Assembly (NCBI GenBank): GCA_963848965.1
Contig: CAWKFG010000005.1
Span: forward strand, 32,001-96,000
Direction: 5' to 3'
Source: an uncultured bacterium
Lineage (GTDB): Bacteria > Babelota > Babeliae > Babelales > Babelaceae
DNA length: 64,000 bases
Each line of letters starts with the position of its first letter. Positions within the stretch are counted from its first letter, which is position 1. The notes beneath the pieces were generated by a model that saw only the letters and a list, made by a program, of their open reading frames with translations, was not told the DNA's origin and made no database searches. Shown here in pieces: positions 29,551-40,710 of this stretch. The position numbers and the translations under genes are program-made.

Positions 29551-31680
29551 ATGAGCAAGCAGCTACGCTTGTACTATCCTCTTCAAAGGGCTTTACTTTA
29601 TGGAATACTACTCATAGCAGTAGGTGTTGTAGCACAGCCTGCAGCCCAAAGACCTGCAGATACCGTAAAAGAGGCGGTAGCCAAAGAGGAAGTGGCTAAA
29701 AAAGATGTAGGGGAAAAAGTTATTAAAGAAGAGAAGGTTGTTAAAGAAAAGGTTGCTCAAGAAGAGAGTGAAAAAAAGAAAGAAGAAAAAAAAGAGAAAC
29801 CTAAGAAAGCATTATTAACCTATGTAAATGGAGATAGTGAATTTAGGTTTTGGACAAAATTGAAAATGCCTGACTTTACCTATGGTAGAAATCTCCGATT
29901 ACTTAATGATGATAATCCAACAGACCGAGTTATATTTTTTCGTCATACCTTAGACTTTAATTTTGAATATCGCTATGGCAAAGCAAGCCGTGAATATGAC
30001 GTAGTATTTGCTCGTATGGATATACGTAATAAAGGTATCTGGGGAGATCCAGAATCTATTGCATTTACTACCCTTTCTACTATTAAAGAAACAGATGCAG
30101 TCTTTGGTGAACATAAACATGCTATTCCTCGTCATATTTTATGGATTCGTGAATTGTGGATTCAACTTTCTCTTACCGACTTACTTTGTTTACCATTCTG
30201 TAATGCGCATACAATTACGTTCGGTGCATTCCCTTTTGAACTCGGTCGTGGTATTGCCTTGGGATCTGCTTTTGCAACTGATCCAAGCGATTTAGGATTT
30301 ATCTCTGAAAGTGCTATTGACCAATATGCATTTGGTGCTAAGCTTTCAGGCGATGTTATCAAAGATGTGCTTACCTATGATTTGTATGCCTCTATTCTTG
30401 ATAATAAGTCTGATACCTTTGATAACGTGAATCTTAAAATTCGAGGTCAAGAATTTGGACATCGTAATGATCAAGCACGAGGATTTGGTATTATTAACTA
30501 TGTAGTAGCAGGACGTGTCAGGTGGACCCCACAGCTTGATCCATGGGCTAAAGTACGAATAGAGCCATATATTCTTTATAATCATAATCCAGAGCAACGT
30601 ATAGAATTTCTTGCTGATGCTACGAGCGATTTAGGAACTGCAGGTGTTGCTGGAGAATTTGAAGTAGGTAACTTTGAATTTGGGTTTGATACTGCCTTTA
30701 ACTTTGGCCGTCAAAATGTAAAAGGATGGGATAGAAACGTTATTGAGCGACAAAATCGAGATGGTACTGTCGTTATTGTAAACTCTCGAGTAAAACAAGC
30801 CCCTCCTGGACAGAAGCCAACACAAAGTTCTCCTACTGCACTAAAAGTACGTGAAAATCAAACTATAATTGATACTTCAAATCGTTCTGCAAGTGAGAAT
30901 GACAAAGAGATAGGAACAAATAGTCTAGGTACCCTTATTAATGATATTGATCGCTTTACAGATCCTTATTTTAATGAGTATAAAGGATATATGTTTGTCT
31001 ATGATATGAGCTATTATATTTGCAAGCCAGATTTACGAGTAAGTGCAGCGTTTGGCTATGCAAGTGGTGATGCTAATCCTAATCGAGACGAAGAGTTTCG
31101 AGGAGATAGCGAAGTTGATGGCGAATATGAAGGATTTATTAGCTTAGAAGAAGCATATTCAGGAACTCGTGTACGTAGTGCCTTCTTGCTCAGTGGTGCT
31201 GCAAAAATTCCACGACCACTGTCTTTTCCTGACCCAGAAGTATTTGAACCATTTCCAACAAATATCTCGCGTTTTACAAACCTTATTTTTGTAGGAGCAG
31301 GAGTAACATGGCAACCTTCTTGGAGCTGTCGTAAGTGGAGTGTGAACCCTAATATATTAGCATATTGGCAAGATTTTCCACCGCGGTTCTTTAATGCTCG
31401 GCTTGGTGAAAATGGGCTGAGATTTGCTCGGCCATTCTTAGGAACAGAGCTCAACGTTTTTGTCGAAGCTCAATTGCTTGATGACTTAAAGTTCTTCTTA
31501 GTATCGTCTCTGTTCTTTCCTGGTGACTTATACAAAGATATTAAAGGACGTCCTTTAAATAGAGCGCAACAAGCATTTTTAGATAACCAAGATAAAACTG
31601 GTATTATTAACGACCGTGTACCATTTTTGGGTGACGATAAATCATTCTATGTCAATACTGGTTTAGAATATAAATTCTAA
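29551..31680 (+). CDS. Probable outer membrane beta-barrel protein (paralog of 43080-44924)
   Basis: Signal peptide, K/E-rich linker, many amphipathic aromatic strands, C-terminal NTGLEYKF resembling a BamA beta-signal. Confidence 0.65.
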   Translation: MSKQLRLYYPLQRALLYGILLIAVGVVAQPAAQRPADTVKEAVAKEEVAKKDVGEKVIKEEKVVKEKVAQEESEKKKEEKKEKPKKALLTYVNGDSEFRFWTKLKMPDFTYGRNLRLLNDDNPTDRVIFFRHTLDFNFEYRYGKASREYDVVFARMDIRNKGIWGDPESIAFTTLSTIKETDAVFGEHKHAIPRHILWIRELWIQLSLTDLLCLPFCNAHTITFGAFPFELGRGIALGSAFATDPSDLGFISESAIDQYAFGAKLSGDVIKDVLTYDLYASILDNKSDTFDNVNLKIRGQEFGHRNDQARGFGIINYVVAGRVRWTPQLDPWAKVRIEPYILYNHNPEQRIEFLADATSDLGTAGVAGEFEVGNFEFGFDTAFNFGRQNVKGWDRNVIERQNRDGTVVIVNSRVKQAPPGQKPTQSSPTALKVRENQTIIDTSNRSASENDKEIGTNSLGTLINDIDRFTDPYFNEYKGYMFVYDMSYYICKPDLRVSAAFGYASGDANPNRDEEFRGDSEVDGEYEGFISLEEAYSGTRVRSAFLLSGAAKIPRPLSFPDPEVFEPFPTNISRFTNLIFVGAGVTWQPSWSCRKWSVNPNILAYWQDFPPRFFNARLGENGLRFARPFLGTELNVFVEAQLLDDLKFFLVSSLFFPGDLYKDIKGRPLNRAQQAFLDNQDKTGIINDRVPFLGDDKSFYVNTGLEYKF

Positions 31681-31789
31681 GTACTTACAGGCTTGAGAGA
31701 ACATCTCAAGCCTGATTTCTTTATTTACCCCTCCCTTTTGTGATAAAACATATAAAGTACAGCATATACTCATTTTTTTCTAAGCTGTT

Positions 31790-33781
31790 GTGAAAAAAGT
31801 AAAATACCCTATAGTGAGAGGGATTAAGATCTGTACAACAAAAGGATTTTTTATGAAATTCATCACGTATTGCTTGCATATTTTTACACTACTTGGACTC
31901 TCTTTAGTAGCATATGGTATGGAACCAGATCCTCATGCTGCTTTAGGAAGAAATGTGGCTGCAGGGGTTATACGACCTGTGGTTCCCCCTGTTGTAAAAA
32001 TGCAACCCCAAGTACCACCTGCAGTACTTCCCGTTGAGCAACCACCAGTAGCTCCTCGTCAGAATGAAGAAGAGCGGAGGCAAGAAGAAGAAAAAGGCTT
32101 TGAACTGAATGAACTTGTTAAAGATATTGGCCGTGGCCTTTCATGGCTAGCTTCTCGCCCTTTTGTGGGTATTGGTAGTCAAATAGGAGCAGAGTTTTCA
32201 GCAGAAAGATTTCTTGATAATTTAGCGCAACAATTTGACCCTGCAGCCAGAGCAGGCCAAGGCGGCGCAGGAAATAGAGCTGTATCAAATTTTTGGCGTA
32301 CCTTTGCTCAGCAGTTTGGTCCTCGCGGTGCAGGTAGAGAAACACTTGATAATATAACACGTGGAGCAATACAAACATTTTTTGAAACCTTAGCGCAACA
32401 TATGGAAGCACCTTTAGAGGGGGAAAGGGCTGATGGAAATAGAGAGGGCAGAGCAATTAGCCATGCGCTGCAAGCAATGTTGCAAATGCTTGAAAGAGAG
32501 CTTAATAATGGAGGCTTTGAACGGCTATCAGCAAGCTTTTTAGATATGTGGAACCGACATATTAGAGAGGGTGGCCCTATTGCTCGTTTATTACAAACAA
32601 TTGAAGCGCAAATAGAACGATTAAAGAATCAATTAGAAAAGGGAGTAGAAGATATTGGAAAACAAGCTAACGTTCAAGCAGAAAAATTGGGTAAAAAAGT
32701 CGAAAATGTAGTTAAAAATGTAAAAGACAATTATAAGGAAGTTGCAGTAGATGCAGAAGAACGTTACAAACGAATAGAGGCAAGCTTGAAGTGGGCAGCT
32801 CTTATAACTGCTACAGTGACAGCAAGTGCCTGGTTTGGCTCACGCTTTTTCTGGAATAGTGTTGAGCGCTATTTTACACAGCCAGAGTTGGTTACAGAGT
32901 CATCTTATAAAAATGTGTGGGAACAAGTAACAAATTATTTTTGGCCACAACCGTTAGTATTTAGAGAAATGATTTTCTCTAAAGAGGTTAAGCGAGAATT
33001 AGATAATGTTGTTGCAATTACAAAGCATGTTGCACAAGAAAATCAAAAGAACAATCATGCGCAGGTGCGCTATCTTAATGTTCTTTTGTGGGGTCCTCCT
33101 GGAACTGGTAAGACCATGTTTGCAAAAGAACTTGCTAAAAAATCAGGACTTGATTATGCAATTACCAGTGGTGCATCATTTTCAAAATTTGATATTGCAG
33201 GAGGAATTGCTGCTATCGATAGGCTCTTTAATTGGGCAGAAAAAAGTAAGAAAGGGCTTATCATCTTTATTGATGAAGCAGAAGCCTTTTTAGCAGAACG
33301 GGATAGAACGAAGGTTAAAGAAGAAAATCAGCTTGTTACTCATTTTTTAAGCCGTACTGGTGAAGGGAGCAGTAAATTTATGCTTATTTTTGCTACGAAT
33401 AAGCCTGAAGTGCTTGATGAAGCAATACGCCGTCGTACACAACGGTCAATAGAGCTGGGTTTACCTGCAAAACCAGAAGCTGCTAAAATATTGCGTTTGT
33501 ATCGAGATAAAATATTACTTGATAAAGAGCATAATATTCCTGAGCTTATAGACTCAGTAAAAGTAAACTTGAGCGATGAAGCAATTGAACAGTTAGCAGA
33601 AAAACTGAAAGGACTTGCTGCAAGTGAGCTTGAAGATTTTATTAATGACGTAAAAGTTAATGCCGATATCACTGATAATCGCACAGTAACCAAAGATGTT
33701 ATTGATTATGTTATAGACTTATCGCGCAGAAAACATGACGAATTTGTAAGTCATTTCCATCATGCTGCTCCAGCAGCATAA
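31790..33781 (+). CDS. Membrane-anchored AAA+ ATPase, ATAD3-like (likely start at ATG 31853)
   Basis: Signal peptide, coiled coil, TM (WAALITATVTASAWFGSRF), QPELVTESS, NVLLWGPPGTGKT, SGLDYAI, LFNWA, IFIDEAEAFL, FLSRTG, KFMLIFATNKPE. Confidence 0.88.
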   Translation: MKKVKYPIVRGIKICTTKGFFMKFITYCLHIFTLLGLSLVAYGMEPDPHAALGRNVAAGVIRPVVPPVVKMQPQVPPAVLPVEQPPVAPRQNEEERRQEEEKGFELNELVKDIGRGLSWLASRPFVGIGSQIGAEFSAERFLDNLAQQFDPAARAGQGGAGNRAVSNFWRTFAQQFGPRGAGRETLDNITRGAIQTFFETLAQHMEAPLEGERADGNREGRAISHALQAMLQMLERELNNGGFERLSASFLDMWNRHIREGGPIARLLQTIEAQIERLKNQLEKGVEDIGKQANVQAEKLGKKVENVVKNVKDNYKEVAVDAEERYKRIEASLKWAALITATVTASAWFGSRFFWNSVERYFTQPELVTESSYKNVWEQVTNYFWPQPLVFREMIFSKEVKRELDNVVAITKHVAQENQKNNHAQVRYLNVLLWGPPGTGKTMFAKELAKKSGLDYAITSGASFSKFDIAGGIAAIDRLFNWAEKSKKGLIIFIDEAEAFLAERDRTKVKEENQLVTHFLSRTGEGSSKFMLIFATNKPEVLDEAIRRRTQRSIELGLPAKPEAAKILRLYRDKILLDKEHNIPELIDSVKVNLSDEAIEQLAEKLKGLAASELEDFINDVKVNADITDNRTVTKDVIDYVIDLSRRKHDEFVSHFHHAAPAA

Positions 33782-33788
33782 AGAATTG

Positions 33789-33815
33789 GGCCCTGGAAAT
33801 ACCAGGGCCTTTTTT
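33789..33815 (+). terminator. Intrinsic terminator
   Basis: GGCCCTGG/CCAGGGCC stem plus T6. Confidence 0.8.
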
Positions 33816-33881
33816 AATGCTTGTCTAAACTATTGATTCTCTTTCATTATCCTTACTATATTTTTCATATAAGGGGGCTTT

Positions 33882-34487
33882 ATGAAAAGAATACGGATAC
33901 ACAGTTTTATGTGTATATTTTTGGTACATACATTGAGAGCTGAAATAGTTGTACGACCTGCTGCAATGGCAGATGTTCCAGAAGTATTAGAACTTGATAG
34001 GCACGTTACCTATGAGTATTTTAAGCCTTTATATGTAAAAGCATATCCACATTTACCATTAGGACAAGATCCAGACCGCTTTCTTGAACCCGAGTTACAG
34101 CAAGATGAGAAAACGTTCTATGACTGTGTAAAAAATCCTGGTAATACACGCTTACATATAGCGTATGATAGTAACAGTAAACGTATAGGAGGATTGATTG
34201 TTTTTCATAAAGAACATGAAGATACAATAGAATTGGATCTTTTGCTTGTTGACAAAGACTATCGTAAAATGGGAATAGGCAGAAAGCTTGTATATAATGC
34301 TGTTGCTACGTTTAAATACATAAAAACATGTATTGTATATCCTGTACGACATAAAAATGATGCTACACTCAAATTTTACCAGTCACTTGGATTTAAGAAT
34401 CTCGGTGTATGTCCTTTAGATAAAATGAATCCCTATGGTATAAAGTACTCTGATATGTATTTTTATTTTAGGCTTGACGTTATATAG
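33882..34487 (+). CDS. GNAT family acetyltransferase with signal-like N-terminus
   Basis: LLVDKDYRKMGIGRKL (motif A), KFYQSLGF. Confidence 0.85.
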   Translation: MKRIRIHSFMCIFLVHTLRAEIVVRPAAMADVPEVLELDRHVTYEYFKPLYVKAYPHLPLGQDPDRFLEPELQQDEKTFYDCVKNPGNTRLHIAYDSNSKRIGGLIVFHKEHEDTIELDLLLVDKDYRKMGIGRKLVYNAVATFKYIKTCIVYPVRHKNDATLKFYQSLGFKNLGVCPLDKMNPYGIKYSDMYFYFRLDVI

Positions 34488-34719
34488 GAAAATGAAGCAG
34501 AAGGCATTGCTACCGCTCTCTATTTGTAGCCAGTTAGCTCTTAAAGTATGTACAGGCATATCTTTTATTGATTGCTTTTCTTTAGTTACTTGTCATAATA
34601 GTAAAGATACTTTCAACAAAAATTTACATATTGACACAAATACAAAAGCTGCTATCTTGAATTAGAATATATTGTAAAATAATCTTTAGTGCTATTTCAC
34701 TTAAGTAAGCAGGAAGTCT

Positions 34720-37128
34720 ATGCATACAATCTTCACTATTCTTTTAAAAAGCTTAACTTTCTCTCTACTCGGTATTTCATGTGCTCTTAGTATGGAGAAA
34801 GAAGGCTCCATTCATCAAAAATTACTTACTGCTTGTGAAAACGGTAAGCAAGAAGAAGTCCTTGGGTTATTAGAACAAGGAGCTGATATTAATACTCTTG
34901 ATAGCGATGCCCCCTTAACATTCGCCCTATACCATAAACATTCTTCACTTGCTCACATGCTTATTGAAAAAGGAGCAGACATCAACCTTCCAACTTCCGG
35001 GCATGCTTTTAGCCCTCTTATGGTAGCAGCAATAGCAGGCATGCAAGATATAGTACGTTTACTTATTGAGTTACGAGCACAAATAAATGTACAAAGCTCA
35101 GAAGGTACAACTGCATTAATGTATGCCCTGATGTATGGCAATCTAGAAATAGCTCAAATGTTGTTAGACGCGGGCGCAGACATACATCTTAAAAATAAGA
35201 AAGGGAATAATGCCCTTACTCATGCAGTTGATTACGCATTTATGTTACTTAATCAATTAACTCTTAAAGAACGTAACGCATTAGTAGAAAAGCACAATTC
35301 ACTCAAACAACGGCTTTATATTCTCAAAGCTCAAGATGCTTCGCCCGAACTCTATAAAGCCTACATCTCCTTTATAGATACTTTACTTTCTTTGAAGATA
35401 GAAATGCAATCTCGAGAGGTACAAAAGCTCTTTTGCATAGCGCTAGCAGGAAACAATCTTCCTATTATTAAAACAATAATTGAAACTCCAAAGCTTTTTT
35501 CCCAACTAGGAGATCTGTCTTATCTTTACTTCATTCCGGTAATAAAAAATCGATATACAGATATAGTAGACTATCTTATTGGATACAAAGCATGTATGCC
35601 AACTTTACTGTTCGCAGCTGTCCATGAAAGAGATGAAAACCTAGTAATAAGGCTCTTACAAGCAAAAGTAGACATTAATGATACTTTATTACTAGCTATA
35701 GATCGAAATGACAAGAAACTTGTAACGTTACTTCTTGAAAACAATGCTAACTTGAGTGCATCAAATAATCCAGATGAGCCCCCACCCCTTATACATGCTA
35801 CATTTAAAGGTTATAAAGAAATTACAGAAATTCTCTTAGCACATAGAGCATCTTTAGAAACACAGTGGACGAAATCAGGTCGTACCGCTCTTATTTATGC
35901 TGTTAGAGAAGGACATGTCGCTCTTGTGCAACTGCTTTTAGATGCGGGTGCTAATCCTAATGTTCAAGATAACTCTGGATTTTGGCCTCTTACATATGCA
36001 GCAAAGCATGGAAATGATAGTATTGTACAAGCTCTGCTTAACGCCGGAGCATCCGTTGACGCACAATCTGGTAATGATAAAAGAACTCCTTTATTGTGGT
36101 GTAATCATCATACAACGGCTCGATTACTTCTTAAAGCCGGAGCCAATGTTAATGCTCTAAATGCATATAAAGAATCACCACTAATAGAAGCCATACGTTA
36201 TGTAAATCCTTCATTAGAGCTCATAAATCTTTTAATCGAATATGGCGTAGATATACATCATGGAGGAGAAGCACCCTTACGGTGGGCCCTTATGCTGGAT
36301 GAGATCGAAATAGCTAAGTTGCTTCTGGAAAAAAAGGCCAATCTTGACAGCGCATTTTTTTATGCCGCTAAGCTTCAAGGCCTTATTCTTATGGCAAAAT
36401 TAGTAAGTCTTGGAGCAGATATATCTACCTATGGTGAGCAAATATTTGAATCAGCACAAGAGAATAATCAGTTTGAAGCTTTGCGCTTTCTTGAAATTCT
36501 TGAGCAACCAGAGTTGTATACGTACCTTAAAGATACCTCTAGGGGTATACCCTATTTAAGAACTTGTAATGGACATGCAGAAGGCTGGCTCAAGTCAGTA
36601 ACTTCTATGTTCACACCTTCAAGCACTGCAGCAAGCACATGCTTTCATCAAACAAAACTGATGTGGGCTGTTATGTTTGGCCATACTGAAGTTGTTAAAT
36701 CTATACTTAAACGGCAGCAATCTTACCAAAACAAAGAAGATCAGCATAAATTCCGTTGTTATTTAAATGCTCAAGATAAATACGGTCGCACTGCGCTTAT
36801 GTACGCTATCATATTTGATGAATCAAAAATATATCCTTTACCATATCAAGCAGAAATACTATCTTTGCTTCTAGAAGCTTATAAAAACCTTCCAAACTCA
36901 GAGCGTAATGCTATTAATATATCTGATATGCAAGGCAACTCTGCTCTTGCATATGCAGTTAAGCAAAAAAATCTCCCTCTTATTACGCACTTGTTAGAAA
37001 TAGGAGCACGACCTACTATAAAATTACTCAAAGATGCAGCAAAGCAAGGACAACATACTATTCTTGCAAAACTACTTTTCTTTGTACTTAGGGATTCTCA
37101 AGGGTTAAGATATCCTGCTATTTTGTAA
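34720..37128 (+). CDS. Large secreted ankyrin-repeat protein
   Basis: Signal peptide and more than ten ankyrin repeats (GTTALMYA, GRTALIYA, GNSALAYA). Confidence 0.9.
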   Translation: MHTIFTILLKSLTFSLLGISCALSMEKEGSIHQKLLTACENGKQEEVLGLLEQGADINTLDSDAPLTFALYHKHSSLAHMLIEKGADINLPTSGHAFSPLMVAAIAGMQDIVRLLIELRAQINVQSSEGTTALMYALMYGNLEIAQMLLDAGADIHLKNKKGNNALTHAVDYAFMLLNQLTLKERNALVEKHNSLKQRLYILKAQDASPELYKAYISFIDTLLSLKIEMQSREVQKLFCIALAGNNLPIIKTIIETPKLFSQLGDLSYLYFIPVIKNRYTDIVDYLIGYKACMPTLLFAAVHERDENLVIRLLQAKVDINDTLLLAIDRNDKKLVTLLLENNANLSASNNPDEPPPLIHATFKGYKEITEILLAHRASLETQWTKSGRTALIYAVREGHVALVQLLLDAGANPNVQDNSGFWPLTYAAKHGNDSIVQALLNAGASVDAQSGNDKRTPLLWCNHHTTARLLLKAGANVNALNAYKESPLIEAIRYVNPSLELINLLIEYGVDIHHGGEAPLRWALMLDEIEIAKLLLEKKANLDSAFFYAAKLQGLILMAKLVSLGADISTYGEQIFESAQENNQFEALRFLEILEQPELYTYLKDTSRGIPYLRTCNGHAEGWLKSVTSMFTPSSTAASTCFHQTKLMWAVMFGHTEVVKSILKRQQSYQNKEDQHKFRCYLNAQDKYGRTALMYAIIFDESKIYPLPYQAEILSLLLEAYKNLPNSERNAINISDMQGNSALAYAVKQKNLPLITHLLEIGARPTIKLLKDAAKQGQHTILAKLLFFVLRDSQGLRYPAIL

Positions 37129-37142
37129 TACGATAAGCAGTA

Positions 37143-38828
37143 TTACTCTTTTATATTAGATAACATCTTAAGGTATATTCTTTTGCCCTCAACAGCAATA
37201 CCATAAGCAAAGATTTGATTAAGACCTCGAGCATGAAGTTCTTGCATATACTGTTTCTCAAGAATTTGATCAATGGCTTTTTGCGCAGCAATTTCAAGAG
37301 TTTCACTAGCAAGAGTCTTCTTAAACTCAATAACTATAGCTGGTTTATTATGCTGCTTTGGTATAAGCATTATATCATAACGACCAAATCCGCTTTTTTT
37401 ATTTGATTTAACTTCATACTGATCATGAAGCATAACAAGAAGTCCCAAAACAAAAAGATGATAGCTTTTCTCAGGCTCATTGCTCGATACATCAAAGAAA
37501 CTCATACTGTTTAGTATAAAACCTTGCAATAATTCAGCAAAGGATTCAGCCTCCCCTTGGGTAAGAGTTTCAAGCAGATCTTTTACCTGACCACCAACAA
37601 CCGATTCTTGGAAAATATTTCTAATAAGCTCTGAGTAAAGATGCTTTATTTCTTGATTTGGGATCGTAAGAGAGCATATTTTTGTTCCCTCTTTAAGTTC
37701 CCAGTGAGTATATGTCAAATAACCGGTAAATAATAAAAGACTCCACAAAAGCTCGGTGCGGTGATCTAAATCTGGAAATATAATCGATTCTTGAATTGCT
37801 TGATCTACAGATTTATCTTCAAGCAAAAGTTCAAGATCTGATTTCACAGACTTAGGTGCTCGGGCTATAAGCTTTTTTACAAGCGCGTTATCGCTAGTGT
37901 TTGCCCAATACTTTTCCAATAAACCTCTATTTTGAACACATTTTAGCACCGACCAAGGGTTAAAAATACCTTTAACTTCACCAAAGGTATACCCATCATA
38001 CCACTCTTGAATTTTTTTAGCATCATCTTGAATACCATAATACTGTAACAGCGTATGAACCTCTTCATACGTAAAACCAAATTTATCTGCCATAACAAAA
38101 CGCGTAAGACTAAATACATCAAGGTTATTAAGCCCTGTAAATATCCCCGCTTTTGCAAGAGTTAAAATACCAGTAATAACCCCTTTTTCAAGAATATCAC
38201 TATCTTTAAACACCGCAGTCAAGAGTCCTCTTGCAAACTCAATAGCTTGATCATAAAATCCATTAATATAAGCCGATTGTATAGGGGTATCATATTCATC
38301 AATAAGGATAATAACCTTCTTATTGTATCTTCTATAAAGAAGCTGTGCTAAAAAATGAAGACTATCTTCAAGCTCTGCTTTGGAAGCAGTTCCTTCAAGA
38401 ATTCGTTTATACCTATCTTTTTCGTGGTTTTTTAAAGAATCGTGAAAAAGTATTTCCTGATGTCGTGCATATTCTTCATAAATAACCAAAGCAAATTTAT
38501 CATATGTTACATCCCAGGTTGCTTCTTTAATATTCTTAAATGTAACAAATATGACAGGAAATTGTCCTTGAAGAACACGTTGTTCAGGATAGCTCCAAAT
38601 AGCTTTATCTTGAAAAAGATGAGCATTGCTTTCTTCGCTTGCTTCAAAAAAGTATTTAAGCATAGATAAGTTGAGCGTTTTACCAAAGCGTCGAGGACGA
38701 GGAGCAAGTATAATCTGACCATGTTCTAAGATATCTTTTATTAAAAGAGTCTTATCAACATAGTAATAGTTATTCTCAATAAGAGTTTTAAAGTTACTGA
38801 TACCGATAGGTAATAATTTCTGTGTCAT
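37143..38828 (-). CDS. AAA-ATPase-like plus PD-(D/E)XK nuclease protein (PF09820/PF08011 type); likely start MTQKLLPIG at 38828
   Basis: LPIGIS, YYVDKT, RPRRFGKTLNLSML, LIDEYDTP, GLNNL, YWANTS, EKSYH, GRYD, IEFK. Confidence 0.9.
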   Translation of the reverse strand: MTQKLLPIGISNFKTLIENNYYYVDKTLLIKDILEHGQIILAPRPRRFGKTLNLSMLKYFFEASEESNAHLFQDKAIWSYPEQRVLQGQFPVIFVTFKNIKEATWDVTYDKFALVIYEEYARHQEILFHDSLKNHEKDRYKRILEGTASKAELEDSLHFLAQLLYRRYNKKVIILIDEYDTPIQSAYINGFYDQAIEFARGLLTAVFKDSDILEKGVITGILTLAKAGIFTGLNNLDVFSLTRFVMADKFGFTYEEVHTLLQYYGIQDDAKKIQEWYDGYTFGEVKGIFNPWSVLKCVQNRGLLEKYWANTSDNALVKKLIARAPKSVKSDLELLLEDKSVDQAIQESIIFPDLDHRTELLWSLLLFTGYLTYTHWELKEGTKICSLTIPNQEIKHLYSELIRNIFQESVVGGQVKDLLETLTQGEAESFAELLQGFILNSMSFFDVSSNEPEKSYHLFVLGLLVMLHDQYEVKSNKKSGFGRYDIMLIPKQHNKPAIVIEFKKTLASETLEIAAQKAIDQILEKQYMQELHARGLNQIFAYGIAVEGKRIYLKMLSNIKE

Positions 38829-39056
38829 CAATTGCCTCAAAGCATGAGGGAAAGCGTTAATCACAGTATAGTACCCCTTATGCAAAATTGCAATGCCCCT
38901 TGCTTTTACCAAAATAAGCTTACACATGAAAGTTAGCTGGAATATAGTATCAATATTTGATGCCAATGTTAGGAAGAAGAGACTTTTGTGTTATTGAAAC
39001 TCTTTGCATTTTCTTTAAACATTTGAAATTTAGCTTTTCTTAGATTCTGCTCTTAC

Positions 39057-40610
39057 ATGAGCATTTTATGCCGAACACTTAGGCATTTTTCATATAAAAG
39101 TTTACCAGGTATACTAGGTAAGAATAGCAGAATGCTATTGTTATTGAGGAGAATTTTTATGAGTTTAAGAATATTATTTTTGTGCGCACTAACCCTTTCT
39201 GTAGGTTCGTATACCTACAGTATGCAATGGGCTAAAGACAAGCTTGGCAAAGCGATAGGTGAGGTAGGTGCAGGAGCAACGAAAGCATATCTTGAGGATA
39301 ACAAAACTCATGAGGCTTTTCATACGCATATTGTACAACCTGCTGTTGATAAGATGAATGAAGTGAAAGACCATGCAAAAAAAGCTGCAGAAGAGATGGT
39401 AGAAAATGCCAAGAAGGCAAGCGAAAAAATGAAACAAGAGCTTGAAGAACAAGCAAAAAAAGCAAATGAGGAATTTAAGAAAAATACACACGAAGCTACA
39501 GATAAGTTTAAAGAGAGCATATTAAAACCAACAGTTGATGAAGCTCATAAGTTTAAAGATGCAACTGTTAAAGAGGCTGATAGACTCTTTGATAGGCTTT
39601 CTGAAACTATAAAGACAGGAGCATTATGGACAGTTGGCGGTGCTGCTGCTATATTTTCGATATGGTATGCTTATAAATTTTTATGGAACCATGTTGAAAA
39701 AGCATTGCACAAACCAGCCATTCCTTTACGCTCGGCACATCCGGGTTTTTTTGGTCGTATTAAGAACTTCTTTAGCAGTTCAGAAAGCTTTACACCTCGT
39801 CCACTATTTTTTGCTCCTGAGCTTAAAGACAGGTTACAAGGTATTTTAGATATAGCACTTGATACTGCACGTCGAATTCAAGCAGGAGATAAAACTGCAA
39901 CTTATAGTAATCTTTTACTATGGGGCCCTTCAGGTACTGGAAAGCGATCATACGCACAGCAGCTTACTCGTGAGTTAGCACAAGCTGCAAATATGGACTA
40001 TGTTTTCCTTGATGGTGCTTTCTTTGCTCCTGTAAAGAATGGTACACCGCTTGAAAGAATAGATACGCTTTTTGAGAAAGTACAAAATAACTCGCGAAAT
40101 ACTATCATATTTATTGATCAGGCGAAGTTCTTGCTTTCAAAACATCATACTACTGATGTTATTATGGAACGATTCTTAAAATATGCAAAAGAACATAGTA
40201 ATAAGTATATGATCATCTTCACGACAGCTCCTATACACATTGCAGAAGAAGTAAAAGGAATAATAGGAGATTCAGTAGAAATTGGATTACCTGAATTACC
40301 TCAAATAATTGATATACTCAAACATTATCGAGATACATTATTAATTAATAATACAGCTAATCCAAGCTCTTTAGTAGAGTCTGCACAAAAAACGCTTGTC
40401 GATGAATCAATAGAGAGTTTAGCACAAGAGCTCAAAGGATTCTCTTGTAGAGACCTTGAAAATATTATTAAGGCAATTCAAGATAAAGCTCGTCGCCAAG
40501 ATTGTATAATATCTACTGCTGTTGTTAAAGCTGCAGTTGCAGAAGCTACTAAGAAATATCAAGACTTTAAGACGAATCTTCCCCATCAGTATGCAGCACA
40601 AACTGCATAA
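39057..40610 (+). CDS. ATAD3-like AAA protein with degenerate Walker motifs (likely start at ATG 39159)
   Basis: Signal peptide, coiled coil, TM, NLLLWGPSGTGKR, IFIDQA; paralogous to 31790-33781. Confidence 0.8.
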   Translation: MSILCRTLRHFSYKSLPGILGKNSRMLLLLRRIFMSLRILFLCALTLSVGSYTYSMQWAKDKLGKAIGEVGAGATKAYLEDNKTHEAFHTHIVQPAVDKMNEVKDHAKKAAEEMVENAKKASEKMKQELEEQAKKANEEFKKNTHEATDKFKESILKPTVDEAHKFKDATVKEADRLFDRLSETIKTGALWTVGGAAAIFSIWYAYKFLWNHVEKALHKPAIPLRSAHPGFFGRIKNFFSSSESFTPRPLFFAPELKDRLQGILDIALDTARRIQAGDKTATYSNLLLWGPSGTGKRSYAQQLTRELAQAANMDYVFLDGAFFAPVKNGTPLERIDTLFEKVQNNSRNTIIFIDQAKFLLSKHHTTDVIMERFLKYAKEHSNKYMIIFTTAPIHIAEEVKGIIGDSVEIGLPELPQIIDILKHYRDTLLINNTANPSSLVESAQKTLVDESIESLAQELKGFSCRDLENIIKAIQDKARRQDCIISTAVVKAAVAEATKKYQDFKTNLPHQYAAQTA

Positions 40611-40619
40611 AGAACTCAT

Positions 40620-40647
40620 AAGCCTCCGGTAAAATGGAGGCTTTTTT
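40620..40647 (+). terminator. Intrinsic terminator
   Basis: AAGCCTCC/GGAGGCTT stem plus T run. Confidence 0.75.
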
Positions 40648-40710
40648 CATACAGAGCTTTTACTTTTGCTCTCTTATTACGGTATGCTATAAAAAAGGGG
40701 GGGAGAGAGC

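Noticed and set aside
34474..34665. 63-aa ORF between the GNAT and ankyrin genes
   Set aside because: TTG start inside the previous gene, overlaps a promoter-like TTGACA...TATCTT at about 34631-34658; no supporting features.
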